From Lama guanicoe (taxonomy: Eukaryota): 64,000 nucleotides of DNA. The stretch is from contig MU053504.1 of NCBI GenBank assembly GCA_013239625.1, forward strand, positions 1,304,001 to 1,368,000. The letters run 5' to 3'. The first letter of the stretch is position 1. Each line of letters opens with the position of its first letter. The position numbers and the translations under genes are program-made. A model generated the notes under the pieces. It did not search any database and was not told the DNA's origin. It saw only the letters and a program-made list of their open reading frames with translations. Positions 36,804 to 49,410 of this stretch are shown in pieces.

Positions 36804-37311
36804 TGTTACCAAGTCCAGACTCATTCTGCTCACCACATGACAGGCCAATAAATCGGGAGAGTTGGGACAAGGAATAACGACTTTATTTGGAAAGCCGGCA
36901 GACTGAGAAGATGGCAGACTGATGTCCTGGAGAACCATCTTCTCCAAGTCAGAATTCAGGCTCCTTTTCTACTAAGAAGGGAAGGGAGTATGGTTGGTTG
37001 TTGCAAATTTCTTGGTGTCAGAATACTTTGTTCTTTGTTCCAGTCGGTCAGGTCATGGTGTCCCTGCAAATCTCCAAGAAGACAAATATTATTTTCTATT
37101 CTACAACTTTTTATCTTTATATGAATGGGAAAGTGTTATACCCTTAAAGGTCAGAGCCTTGAGAATAGGCTGTCCTGTACATTTCAGGCTCTAGGCGATG
37201 TTCTTTTATAAAAGATGCAGAACCAGCAGAATAAGCACCGGAAACAGAGCACAGGGTTAGAGCTAAAGGAACAGGTCTCATATGGAGTCAGGTTTGCTCC
37301 TCCCTATTACA
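36804..37311 (-). mobile_element. Solo LTR, ERV1-like, antisense
   Basis: TG...CA termini; first ~120 bp similar to the LTR at 59248; minus-strand AATAAA near 36882. Confidence 0.78.
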
Positions 37312-37878
37312 TCTATGAAACACTTTGAATATCTGGGAAGGAGAAGACTTCTCCTCTGAGTCTGTTAAAAACCAAGATAACACACATACATAACCCTTGA
37401 GAACTGTGAGCACTAATGTATAGTACTGCCTGATGAGTTAGTAGAAACGGAACTTGAATGGACTATTAATTGATTGAAAAAGTCTCCTTCCAGGTACTTT
37501 GGTGTCCTGGGGACCTCGTTTTCCATCCTGGCTCTGTCATACACTAATTGGTCTTTCTATGAGAAACTTACTAATGCAGGAGACAAGGTTAATATTTAAA
37601 AGTCTGTTGTATTTTTATACACTAGCAGCTAATAATTTTAAAAATTCTATTTACAATAAAATTACCTAAATTACAAAAAATTCCAAAGAATAAATTTAAC
37701 AAAAAAAAAAGTGGGAGAAAAGAACTAATTCTCCATTGGGCAACAGTGCTCTATTGCCATCCCCTCAGAATTGTTTCGTTTCTGGAAATATAGAAAGTAT
37801 TCATCTCAGGAACTCAAAACGATGGTTCCTGTTGGCTCCAGGCTGGTCATTATTCACATCTCATTTTCACACATCAAG

Positions 37879-38067
37879 GAATCAATAGTGGACGAACAAG
37901 AGAGTAACAAAGAAGAAAATGTCCATCTGACGAGGTTTCTCCGCGTCCTGGCCAACTTTCTCATCATCTGCTGTTTGTGTGGAAGTGGGTACCTCATTTA
38001 CTTTGTGGTGAAGCGATCCCAGGAGTTCTCCAAAATGCAGAACATCAGCTGGTACGAAAGGAACGAG
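37879..38067 (+). CDS. TMC2: TMC2 exon 11
   Basis: catcaag| ... GAG|gtaagg, 189 nt; ESIVDEQESNKEENVHLTRFLRVLANFLIICCLCGSGYLIYFVVKRSQEFSKMQNISWYERNE. Confidence 0.98.
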
Positions 38068-38571
38068 GTAAGGAGGGCATGTTTGCTGAAGGGAACACTG
38101 TCAGCCGATACTGAAATGACCCTGGTACTTCTGCCCGTCAACTGAATTACTGAATCCTGGACGATAGGACATACTTTAAAAAGTGACATCGCTTTCAAGT
38201 CAAGTAGTATGAACATCTTGAAGAGTCATCTGTTACTAGACTTCTGTAGCTGGGGAAAGCTGGATTTGACTAGCATGTTACACATAGCCAGTTGTCTTAA
38301 CACCAGTTATTAAAAAGATGTTCCTTTCCTCAGGGGGCCGTCTGTCATAAATCAGTTGTCTAGTCGTCCATGGTGTGATTCTGGGCTCCCTTTTCTATTC
38401 CATTGTTCTAGTTGTCTTTTCCTGCACTCATAAAACATTGATAAACTATGGATTTACAGCGTGTCCTGGTATCTGTAGAGTGAGTTCTCTCATCAAGACC
38501 CACAATAAAACACATTACAGTTTTATTACGATTATATTGAATCTATAAATCTCTTTGGGGAATTTGACATC

Positions 38572-39010
38572 TGTAGTAGTTGGCAAAAATGCTACAAATT
38601 CTTCCCGTTCTTGCATTCCACTTTTTTTTCCAATGTGATTTTCTAGCTCCTCCCACAAAGAGGTGGAGTCTGTTTCCCCATCCCTTGCCTTAGCCAATGA
38701 AATAGTAGCAACCCTGATACAAGCAGACTTGAAACGTGCTCATGTTTTAGAATTTGCTCTCTTGGGAAGCTGGGACCTCCACCACATGAACAATTCCTGG
38801 CTAGCTTCCTGAGTGATGAGAGACAGATGGCCCAATTACCTCCTCACACTAGGTGTTAGCAAATCAACCACCAGACATATGAATGAAGCCATCACCCATC
38901 AGCTGACCATTGATACATGAATGAATCCTGGTGAGGCCGGCAGAAGAACCACCTAGAAAAAAATACTGAAAAAAATACTGACCCAAAGAATCATGAGGTA
39001 AATAAATCCA
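38572..39010 (+). mobile_element. MaLR LTR (MLT1-like)
   Basis: tgtagtagttggcaaaaatgctacaaattcttccc...gaggtggagtctgtttcccc...cagaagaaccacc. Confidence 0.7.
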
Positions 39011-40389
39011 ATAATGAGAAACAATCTGTCTCCCCCCATAAGGCAAGAAACGATAGAAAAAGAAATGTGGAACCGGCAGGACAAATATAAAACACAAAAT
39101 CAGATAGATTTAAATCTAAATGTATCAGTGCTTATAATGAATGTGAATGGATTAAAGCTGCAGTTCAAAGTCCACAATAACCAAATTGAATTTTATAAAA
39201 AGCTACATGCTGTTTACAATTAACTGTAAAACATCAAGTCACTAAGCTATGAGAGGGATACAAAAGATGCCCAGGATGGATTCTGCCTTTAACTGGATTG
39301 CAGTCACCTTAGGAAGCAGGATTGACAAGAATAAACTTTGGCACATCCAGGAATAGGCAGGAATAATGTGATCCAACAAGATGTTTTGGGTTACAGATGT
39401 GTGGCAAGTGGAAAAGTCCACGTGAGCTGCAGAGACGGGGATTTTGTGGCAAATGTGAGAATTAGGCTGAGCCTTAGATAAACTCCTGAAAGAAGGGCAG
39501 TGGTGGGTGTGGGGCTGAGAAGGCTCTCCAGGTGGGAAGGAAGAACTGCATGAACAGGTAAAGGGGCACGAAGGTGATGGGAAGCCATCCCAACAGTCAG
39601 TGTGAGAGAGAGAGTGGGGGAGTGAGAACCAGCCCGGAAGAGTTGGCTGACCTGCAGTTTAATCAGCAGTTCAAGGACTCACTCTCCACTGGGTGAGCAG
39701 TTTTAGGTGCAGAGAGAACGTTCTGCTGTGGCTGACAGTTCAGTTATCTGAGTCAGCCAAAATGTAGTGCTTGCCAGGTCTGGGCTAGTAGGCATATGAC
39801 TTATCTCTTCTGACTTCACGACAAGGACTGCCGTCACCATTTTACACGTGAAGAGACAAGAGGCTCAGAGAAGTTATATGACTTTTCCCAAATTACAAAG
39901 CCAGCAAGTGATGGGGCTGGGGGCCCAACCCCAGAGAGCTGACTCCAAATGCCACACCCTGCACCACATCCCTCTACTGTTGGTTCCTTTTCTGTGATCT
40001 GAGTTTCCTGCCTTCCATGCTCCTGAGATGAGAGCTACCACGGTGACTCATACCTAGCTCACAACTTTTGCAGAACACAGAGCACTGTTCCATGTGTTAC
40101 CTCATTTACTTCTCAAAGAAAGTTTGCTATTTTTATCAATGCAAATAGCAACACTCATGACATCAAGCAGTCGCACAGCAATTATGACCTGTGGGACATA
40201 TGCTGACTGCTGGGGGCACGTTGGTGCCTTGGGTGGGGTCACACAGCAGGTTGCAGTGACCCTAGGGCATTTCCAGAGGCAGAGGAGGGGGCAACAAGGA
40301 GATGGAGCTGCCCGGCCCTGCGGGTGCTGAGATGGTGGGGAAGTGATACTTACGGCACATGTAACCCCGCAGCTTTCCTGATTTCTCAG

Positions 40390-40569
40390 GTAGAAATTGT
40401 GATGTCCCTGCTTGGGATGTTTTGTCCCCCTCTGTTTGAAACCATTGCTGCCCTGGAGAATTACCACCCACGCATCGGACTGAAGTGGCAGCTGGGACGC
40501 ATCTTCGCGCTCTTCCTGGGAAACCTCTACACATTTCTCTTGGCCCTGATGGATGACGTCCACCTCAAG
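40390..40569 (+). CDS. TMC2: TMC2 exon 12 (TM4-TM5 region)
   Basis: tttctcag| ... AAG|gtaaag, 180 nt; [60 protein letters not shown]. Confidence 0.98.
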
Positions 40570-41786
40570 GTAAAGACCACAAACTTCCCCCCAATTCCTA
40601 GTGCCCACCATATTTCCTTTTTAAAATATAATACGTTCCTTGTGTATCATGTACATGAATTAAAGAAATTTTGGAAAGGTCAGAAAAGGAAAAGGAAAAA
40701 AATCATCGCCAGATGCCTATGACCCAATGGTTAACGTTTTCCTTCTGTTTTTTACTCTCTTTTCCTTAGGTTGTCTTTTTTCACATCATCTACATCTCAT
40801 TGGGTACCCTTAAGATTTTATCTGCAGCCTTTCCCGTATTGTTTCTTAGCTGTCATCAATGTTTACCAGTGGAGTAAGTGTCCACTGAGATGATAAGTCA
40901 TGGTTGCATTAACCTTTCATCATTGTCACCAGACAGTTATGGTGCACCCACTCAGGCCCCAGGGGTACATCAGAGAGCAAGACGCTGTCCTGTTCCAAGG
41001 GTGATCACACTCTGGGCCAAGAGACGGACTCGTTCATCACATCATGCTATATGGCATGTGCCTCAGTGGGGGCCAGCCCGGGGCAGCGTGGCAGTGCGCA
41101 GGAGGGCTGCAGACCCCACCGTGGGCAATCTTAGCAGACACTGAAAAAGCAGAAGGAGCAGCTTCTGCATACAGGGAACTTCGGGTTAGCCGAACAGTTG
41201 AGTTGAGGGGGAAAAGTGAACACTGAAACTGGGAGAGGGGCCGGAGGCTGGTGCTCCCCTTCCCCACGCCTCCCTCCTCATTTGTGAGCCACACAAACTT
41301 TTCCCTGAAGTTAACAGGAAGATATTGGAAGGTTCTAAGCTTGGAAGTGACTGGATCTGGCCCTGGCCACCCTCCACCTCCATCTCTGGCTTCCCTCCTA
41401 CCCTAGCAAACGGCTCCACTCTCCAGAGCCTCCCATTTCCTCCACAGGGCAAAATTCTCTCTGGTCTCTCTCTCCACACTTCTCCCACTGTTTGACCAGT
41501 TGACAGACCCTCGTGAAGTTTTGGCTCAGTTGTCCCTGCCTCCAGGAAGTCTGTTGTGGCCCCATTATCTGATGTGGATGTCCGTAGTCCCCAGAGAAAA
41601 TTTCCCACAGCTCCCATCACTCTTTTCTGTAACTGTCTGTTCATCTGTTACTTAGCAGACTGTGAACTTTTGAAGGTAAGTCCCATTCATTCCTGTGTCC
41701 CTCCTGTTCACTCCTGTGTCACCATTGCCTTAGATACCCAGAACAGACCCTGAAGAAAATTCATTTCAACAGAAGAATGAATAATT

Positions 41787-41842
41787 GGATGGATGGATGG
41801 ATGAATGAATGGATGGATGGATGGATGGATAAATGGATGAAT
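41787..41842 (+). repeat. (TGGA)n/(TGAA)n microsatellite beside an L2-like fragment
   Basis: tggatggatggatggatgaatgaatggatgg... Confidence 0.9.
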
Positions 41843-42066
41843 GAAGAGATAGATAATAACTTAGAGAAAGAAAAAGACTCCAGCCAGGGGCCTCTGTCTC
41901 CTCTGTGGATCGAAAGCCTGGGAAGGGCATTTCTGGAGAGACTGTTGAGGGGGAGGGTGGGAGCCAGGTGGGAGGGTTGTGGCATGTGCTGGCTTTGTTG
42001 ATCCTGTGAAATCTGTTGGACCTTCCTTGGCTCCTTCCAACTCCGAGTCTCCGTCTTCCATTCTAG

Positions 42067-42216
42067 CTTTCGAATGAAGAGACAATAAAGAACATCACGC
42101 ACTGGACCCTGTTTCACTACTACAATGCCTCGGGTTGGAACGAGAGTGTCCCCCGGCCACCCCTGCACCCTGCAGATGTGCCCCGGGGTTCTTGCTGGGA
42201 GACAGCCGTGGGCATT
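42067..42216 (+). CDS. TMC2: TMC2 exon 13 (ends in CWETAVGI)
   Basis: ttctag| ... ATT|gtgcgt, 150 nt; LSNEETIKNITHWTLFHYYNASGWNESVPRPPLHPADVPRGSCWETAVGI. Confidence 0.98.
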
Positions 42217-42294
42217 GTGCGTAGTTATGCTCTCCTGAAAGGGTGATCCCTCTTCTCATTTCCTTGTCATTCCTTCCTTGATATTTCTATTTTT

Positions 42295-42560
42295 TTCTCC
42301 TTTTTCAGTTTTATTAGGTAGAGTTATTACAGTCAGACTGCACATACACATTATATTGCATGTAAATACATATATACAGTATACTGCACATTTTTTAGTT
42401 TACATGTATGTGCTAATTATTGTTTCTAAGAACATATTAGATCTTTAGTTTTTTAAACTTATATAGTTATCAAAGGAGTAAAGCCAACTACAAAATAAGA
42501 ATCAACAGAATGCGGTAATCCAATCATAAAGGACAGTCAAATGTGCTTACACATATTCAA
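42295..42560 (-). pseudogene. Retroposed 3'-end fragment of an unidentified polyadenylated transcript
   Basis: Exact 15-bp TSD gatatttctattttt (42280-42294 and 42561-42575); minus-strand AATAAA (42310-42315) just before an A-rich tail; not recognised as a TE. Confidence 0.72.
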
Positions 42561-43825
42561 GATATTTCTATTTTTAAGCCACCAGAATGTCAAGCCAGTA
42601 TCCCTTAGGAAAGTCTCATCTTTTCACATTTCCCTTTTTTTTTTCCAGTGTCTTACATATTTCTCTATATGCTCCCTCTAACGATCTCATATCACTTGGA
42701 TTTATTTAATAGAGTTTTGCTGCGGATTTCACTGAAAGTCTGAGGTTCTCCACCTGGAAATCATGACTAAATACTCCTAAAAATTGGATACAGGATTTTG
42801 TGTGTATATACATCAGTAAATTTTTCTGCAAAGAGAATTAAAGCTTTTCATCAGAATGTCAAAAATGAACAACCACCTTTTCCCCTTATCCACTTGCACT
42901 ACTATTCCTGTAGCTTATACAGTGTGAGCTTCAGTGGCTTGTGTTCTTTGCTTTCCTAGGCGGAAACCTGAAGTGTCCACAGGTAACACAGGGACCAGCT
43001 CCTTCTCTTCCTCTGCAGCATCTCTTTGCACGGGGTTTCTATTCATCTGCCACCTCACTGAGATTCAGAGTTTATTACTTCTTCTTGGTTCCCCCTGAAG
43101 AATCCACTCCAATAGAGCATTAGACAACAGTGTTTTTAACTGAGGATAACGAAGTACAATGGAGGAGTGGATTACATCAGACACTCCATCAAACACTGCC
43201 TACAAGTCCTCCAGCAGATACTTGCCTCCTTCAAGGTCTCCTTCCCATGGGGTCCCGGGGGCTTTTTCTCTCTACTTCCTTTATGGAGGGCTCAGACTCA
43301 CCACTTCTTGTCTCCTCTAGTCAGGATTCCCCCATTCTCTTCAAATCCTCCTCGTCTTTAATGTGCAGAGCAACTCACATTTCTAAACCCATCACAATCT
43401 GTAACAGAGAAAGAGTCTTCAAGTCAGGAAAGCCCACCTTCTTTGGGAGGCAAAAGAGAGTTCATTACCTACATGATTCCTTTGGAATATTCTGCTATAA
43501 AATTTCTCATTTCCTGCCTCACATCTTTGGATGACATCTCACTTGCCTTCCCCCCGAATGTTCATTCCTGTCCCCATCACTGATTGAAGCTTACTTCTTT
43601 TTGAGTTTGCTGGTAATAATGAGTTTGAGGTGTTCTGTCCTGCTCACCCAAATCCATCACCACCTCCACCCAGAGGATCACCTTGCACAGAAGGGCAGAT
43701 CTGAGACATGTCTTAAACGAATTAACCTGAATTCTTATTGAGGAATAAGCCTGAAAACTCAGTAGCCATATATCCAGCTGACATTTATTAATCATCTTGT
43801 AGGATTCACAGATGAACAGAGCAGA

Positions 43826-43920
43826 GGGTGGGGGAGTATAGCTCAGTGGTAGACTACATGCTTAGCATGCATGAGGTCCTGGGTTCAATCCCCAGCACCT
43901 CCATTTAAAAAAAGTTTTTA
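43826..43920 (+). mobile_element. tRNA-Ala-derived SINE (short form)
   Basis: tRNA head plus A tail; TSD atgaacagagcaga / atgaatagagcaga. Confidence 0.93.
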
Positions 43921-44446
43921 ATGAATAGAGCAGACCCTGTGCCCCCTAAGAACTCCAAATCTATTAGATGTCTTAAAGATTGTGATGCTATCTGGTAGAT
44001 CTTTTCTACTTTTCCCCCCAAATTAATAAATTATACATACTTTACAAAGCAGAGAAAGCTTTGTTCCTTTGCTTTTGGCCCTTCTTCTATATGCCTCTGT
44101 GAAAACCTGTATTACTTTCTCTATGAACCTAAAAAAAAAAAAAAAAGAGAAAGAGGCAGAGGGGCAGGAAACCCACCTGAGTCCGAGAAGGTTGAGATTA
44201 TCAACTTAAAGAGGTTCAGAGACTATTCCAGAACAATACAATTAGCAACTTGCAGAGCTGGGACCTATAGGAAGCATTTTTCAAAGCCTGGGGTCTTTTA
44301 TCTGCACCACCACTCTGCCACCACCATCAGAGGTTCACGGAGAAGAATACAGGTGGGTGGGGGAGAGCTTGTCCAGCTGCAGTCAGTTGGGAGGAGCGGG
44401 CCTGGTCAAACCATGACCATCCCTTTCTCTGTGTTCCTCTTCGCAG

Positions 44447-44575
44447 GAATTCATGAGGCTGACGGTGTCCGACATGCTGGTAACGTACATCACCATCCTG
44501 CTGGGGGACTTCCTGCGGGCTTGTTTTGTCCGGTTCATGAACTACTGCTGGTGCTGGGACCTGGAGGCTGGATTT
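44447..44575 (+). CDS. TMC2: TMC2 exon 14, copy A (TM6 region)
   Basis: ttcgcag| ... TTT|gtaggt, 129 nt; [43 protein letters not shown]. Confidence 0.9.
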
Positions 44576-45912
44576 GTAGGTCACCGTTTCACAGATGTTC
44601 TGCAGGAAGGCCTTTCAGCCACCCTCTCTGATATAGTCAGATACATTCTGTGCATTTCTTTAGATGCTTAATATCAGTTTCTACTCTGTGAAAAAGTGAA
44701 GTATTTAATCTGTGTTTCCTTTAAGTGTCTCATTTGCCATTTTAGAGGAAACGCTGCTTTTTCCTGATGTAATTAACAGTATGAGCTTCTTCTCTGGGAA
44801 ATGGAGGTGTTTAGCCTTGGGAAAGGTGGACCATGCTCCTCAGTGCTGAGCGGGTGGGTGGTGGAGAAATGGCAAAGCAGCATCAGCCCTCGTTAGGGAA
44901 GGCGAAACCATTAGTCTTGGAAGTCCACACTGTGCAAGCTCCAGGGAAGTGGTAGTTCTTAATTTTTGATGCTCTAATGAAATTCTAGAGTTAGGGAGGC
45001 TAGATATGGACATGAATGTTTCAGGAAGTCCTAGAGCACACCAAGAATGCAATAACCATTGGTGCTGTCTTTCGGTTGTTGCTTTGAGAAACCTTTTTGA
45101 CTCTTATTCCCTCCAGCTAGGACACTCCTCTTCTACACCTGCCTGGTAAAGTGCTCATTTATATGCGGGTCATTTCCTCTCTGTGGTGCCTTCTATAATC
45201 TGGCAGAGTCTCTGGCCTCATCTGTCCTGTGCCTGTCTCTTCCACATCACCTCACTCGCCCACCCAGTAGTCACTTATATTGGGGTGGGGACTTACTCCT
45301 TAAGTGAGTTCCATATTCTGTTTACCTGTGTTGTCCTCATCCTGGTGCACACAGCTGCATGCCTGGCCCAGGTAAGGCTTCCAGTATCAGTTTCCATCCC
45401 ATTTTTTTCTTTCAGTCACCAGCCACAGTTTTCACACAAGCCTACTCAACCCCTTCTCAGCGGCAAGGACAACTTCATAATTTTATCTGAGAACAAGGAG
45501 GAAAGAACCTCGTCCTCAAAGCAGATGCCATCTTTAACAGGAAGGCACGACATTGCTAAGATGTCACTGCCCTCAGATTAATTTATAATTTCAACAAGAT
45601 CCCAAAATAATAAAGTTCATTCAAGGAATAAGCATATGGAAATAGCCAGGAAATTTTTTAAGAATGAAAGGAACTAAACCTGACGTTATATTAAAACATA
45701 TTAAGAAGCTATAACAATTAAAACTGGTAATAAGAAACAGACAAACTTATGAATGGAACAGAATAGGAAGTCCAGAAATAGATAAAATCTATATGGAAAT
45801 TTAGTCTATAATAAAAGGAATCTTTCAAACCAGTGGCAAAAACAGGATTATATAACAATGGGTTGAGACAGCTGGTTTACCATTCGGGGAAGCGCTCTCT
45901 CTCTCTCTCTCT

Positions 45913-46106
45913 NNNNNNNNNNNNNNNNNNNNNNNNNNNNNNNNNNNNNNNNNNNNNNNNNNNNNNNNNNNNNNNNNNNNNNNNNNNNNNNNNNNNNNNN
46001 NNNNNNNNNNNNNNNNNNNNNNNNNNNNNNNNNNNNNNNNNNNNNNNNNNNNNNNNNNNNNNNNNNNNNNNNNNNNNNNNNNNNNNNNNNNNNNNNNNNN
46101 NNNNNN
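45913..46106. other. Assembly gap (194 N)
   Basis: Run of n in the sequence, entered from a (CT)n microsatellite. Confidence 1.
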
Positions 46107-46589
46107 CTATGAACCTAAAAAAAAAAAAAAAAAGGCCCAAGTAGCAGAGGGTGAAGAAAGCCAGCTGTTTTCCACAGGGACAATGGGCAGATTCAGTCTT
46201 ACCTGGAGTACCTGGAGTCAGCCTTCAGAGCCTAGATCTGTGCAACAGTGCTGATAACTCCCAAACACTGGATATTGCCAATTGCCAGGCAATTTGCATA
46301 CGTAATCACCAAACTTCCCAGTAACCCTGCAAGGTTGAGATTATCAACTTAAAGAGGTTCAGAGACTATTCCAGAACAATACAATTAGCAACTTGCAGAG
46401 CTGGGACCTATAGGAAGCATTTTTCAAAGCCTGGGGTCTTTTATCTGCACCACCACTCTGCCACCACCATCAGAGGTTCACGGAGAAGAATACAGGTGGG
46501 TGGGGGAGAGCTTGTCCAGCTGCAGTCAGCTGGGAGGAGCGGGCCTGGTCAAACCATGACCATCCCTTTCTCTGTGTTCCTCTTCGCAG

Positions 46590-46718
46590 GAATTCATGAG
46601 GCTGACGGTGTCCGACATGCTGGTAACGTACATCACCATCCTGCTGGGGGACTTCCTGCGGGCTTGTTTTGTCCGGTTCATGAACTACTGCTGGTGCTGG
46701 GACCTGGAGGCTGGATTT
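46590..46718 (+). CDS. TMC2: TMC2 exon 14, copy B (identical; one of the two copies is probably an assembly duplicate)
   Basis: Same 129 nt and splice sites as 44447-44575, offset 2143 bp, on the other side of the N gap. Confidence 0.75.
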
Positions 46719-48981
46719 GTAGGTCACCGTTTCACAGACGTTCTGCAGGAAGGCCTTTCAGCCACCCTCTCTGATATAGTCAGATACATTCTGTGCATTT
46801 CTTTAGATGCTTAATATCAGTTTCTACTCTGTGAAAAAGTGAAGTATTTAATCTGTGTTTCCTTTAAGTGTCTCATTTGCCATTTTAGAGGAAACGCTGC
46901 TTTTTCCTGATGTAATTAACAGTATGAGCTTCTTCTCTGGGAAATGGAGGTGTTTAGCCTTGGGAAAGGTGGACCATGCTCCTCAGTGCTGAGCGGGTGG
47001 GTGGTGGAGAAATGGCAAAGCAGCATCAGCCCTCGTTAGGGAAGGCGAAACCATTAGTCTTGGAAGTCCACACTGTGCAAGCTCCAGGGAAGTGGTAGTT
47101 CTTAATTTTTGACGCTCTAATGAAATTCTAGAGTTAGGGAGGCTAGATATGGACGTGAATGTTTCAGGAAGTCCTAGAACACACCAAGAATGCAATAACC
47201 ATTGGTGCTGTCTTTCGGTTGTTGCTTTGAGAAACCTTTTTGACTCTTATTCCCTCCAGCTAGGACACTCCTCTTCTACACCTGCCTGGTAAAGTGCTCA
47301 TTTATATGGGGGTCATTTCCTCTCTGTGGTGCCTTCTATAATCTGGCAGAGTCTCTGGCCTCATCTGTCCTGTGCCTGTCTCTTCCACATCACCTCACTC
47401 GCCCACCCAGTAGTCACTTATATTGGGGTGGGGACTTACTCCTTAAGTGAGTTCCATATTCTGTTTACCTGTGTTGTCCTCATCCTGGTGCACACAGCTG
47501 CATGCCTGGCCCAGGTAAGGCTTCCAGTATCAGTTTCCATCCCATTTTTTTCTTTCAGTCACCAGCCACAGTTTTCACACAAGCCTACTCAACCCCTTCT
47601 CAGCGGCAAGGACAACTTCATAATTTTATCTGAGAACAAGGAGGAAAGAACCTCGTCCTCAAAGCAGATGCCATCTTTAACAGGAAGGCACGACATTGCT
47701 AAGATGTCACTGCCCTCAGATTAATTTATAATTTCAACAAGATCCCAAAATAATAAAGTTCATTCAAGGAATAAGCATATGGAAATAGCCAGGAAATTTT
47801 TTAAGAATGAAAGGAACTAAACCTGACGTTATATTAAAACATATTAAGAAGCTATAACAATTAAAACTGGTAATAAGAAACAGACAAACTTATGAATGGA
47901 ACAGAATAGGAAGTCCAGAAATAGATAAAATCTATATGGAAATTTAGTCTATAATAAAAGGAATCTTTCAAACCAGTGGCAAAAACAGGATTATATAACA
48001 ATGGGTTGAGACAGCTGGTTTACCATTCGGGGAAGCGCTCTCTCTCTCTCTCTCTTTCATTTCACCTAAACACAGGAGAATTACAGTTTTAAATATCAAA
48101 AGATGAAATCATAAATTTCTAAAAGAAAATATAAATAAACTTACAACATTGGGGTGAGGAAGATTTTCCTAAATAGGACAAAAAAGTCAGTAGATAAAAA
48201 GTTTTTTAAAATACTTTTAAACGTCAAATTTTAAATTCCCAAGATTTAACCCTCGTGTATTGGATTTTGCATGTTTCCTCCTTTGACCCAAGCTCACGGA
48301 CCTACCTTGCCTCTCTCCTGACCTTGCATTCCTCCTTCTCTCGTTTCTGTCACTTTATCTCCATTTCCAGAAGATAAATTGGGAAGCACGATTAAGCTGG
48401 CCTCAGAAGGCCCCCCGACTCCCCAGGGCTCACACACCTCGTGTCCCTTCAAATAGTAGACAAATGTCCAAAACTCTGAAAGTCAGAATCAGGCTGAACA
48501 TCTGAATCTGTCTGTGCTCGTTCCTTTTGTAAACTACTCTCAGACCAGAGGAGGATGAGAAGGAAAAAGCAGAATTAGTGGAGTGATTTATTTTGTTTGT
48601 TTTTAAAGCTTTCTTTTCATTTGACTCCTCATTTAAGTATTTGCATTTTGTTATTTATTAGATTGACTCCTTGATTATCGTTTCAAGGTGCATTTCTGAT
48701 CAGAGCATTGATAAAATGTTCTCTTGGGGGCCAGGGTCCCCCCAAGAATACACTATCAACCTGCAGGCCCTGAAAGGTAAAAATTCTCACTTTTTTAATT
48801 GAGGAAGACATGGAAAAAAGTTTCAAGTCTGAGAACTTCAAGCCTTTTTTCAAAAATTGAAAACATGTTAAAGAAATAGAACCTTGAGTCTAAGATACAT
48901 CTCTGGCCATCAGAGCAGGCTCTTTGGGAGGGAGGGTCTTGACCAGCTGGCTGGTAGAAGGGCCTAGCTGGCACTACCTAA

Positions 48982-49071
<90 letters not shown>

Positions 49072-49266
49072 TGAGTTATCCGTTTTCTCTGGGGATCACC
49101 TCAACTGGGGAGTCAAAAAGCTGGAATCCCAGGCTTTGCTTCATCTGAGAAGAGGCTGGACAAACCATCTGGACTCTGAGCCTCCTTCTTTCACCTGAGA
49201 AACAGAGGACAGGGGTCCATGAGAACCTGGACCTTGTCCAGCCCACCCATCTGCTACCATGGATGT

Positions 49267-49410
49267 AGAGGGAAGAGAAGAGGTAGGGAGAGAGAAGGAA
49301 GAAGGAAAAAGTTGGAAGGGAAAGAAAGGGAGGGAGGAGAGAAAGAGGTGGGAAGGAAAAGAAGAAGGAGGAAGGGAGAAAAGAGAAGGCGAGAGGGAGG
49401 AGATAAAGGA
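49267..49410 (+). repeat. Purine-rich (GA) low-complexity tract
   Basis: About 140 bp almost entirely A/G. Confidence 0.9.

Larger units (their letters stand above)
44121..48054 (+). repeat. Tandem ~1.7-kb near-identical duplication (44188-45912 vs 46331-~48054) around the gap
   Basis: Direct alignment at offset 2143 with 6 substitutions seen; both copies also start with ctatgaacct(A)n (44121 and 46107). Confidence 0.97.

Noticed and set aside
31631..37878. AAG acceptors at exons 8 and 11 and a weak pyrimidine tract at exon 10
   Set aside because: These are still canonical AG sites giving the expected in-frame protein; not a sign of pseudogenisation.
43826..43905. Apparent tRNA-Ala genes here and at six other sites
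   Set aside because: Stem mismatches, A-rich tails and (for most copies) TSDs show they are SINE retrocopies, not tRNA genes.
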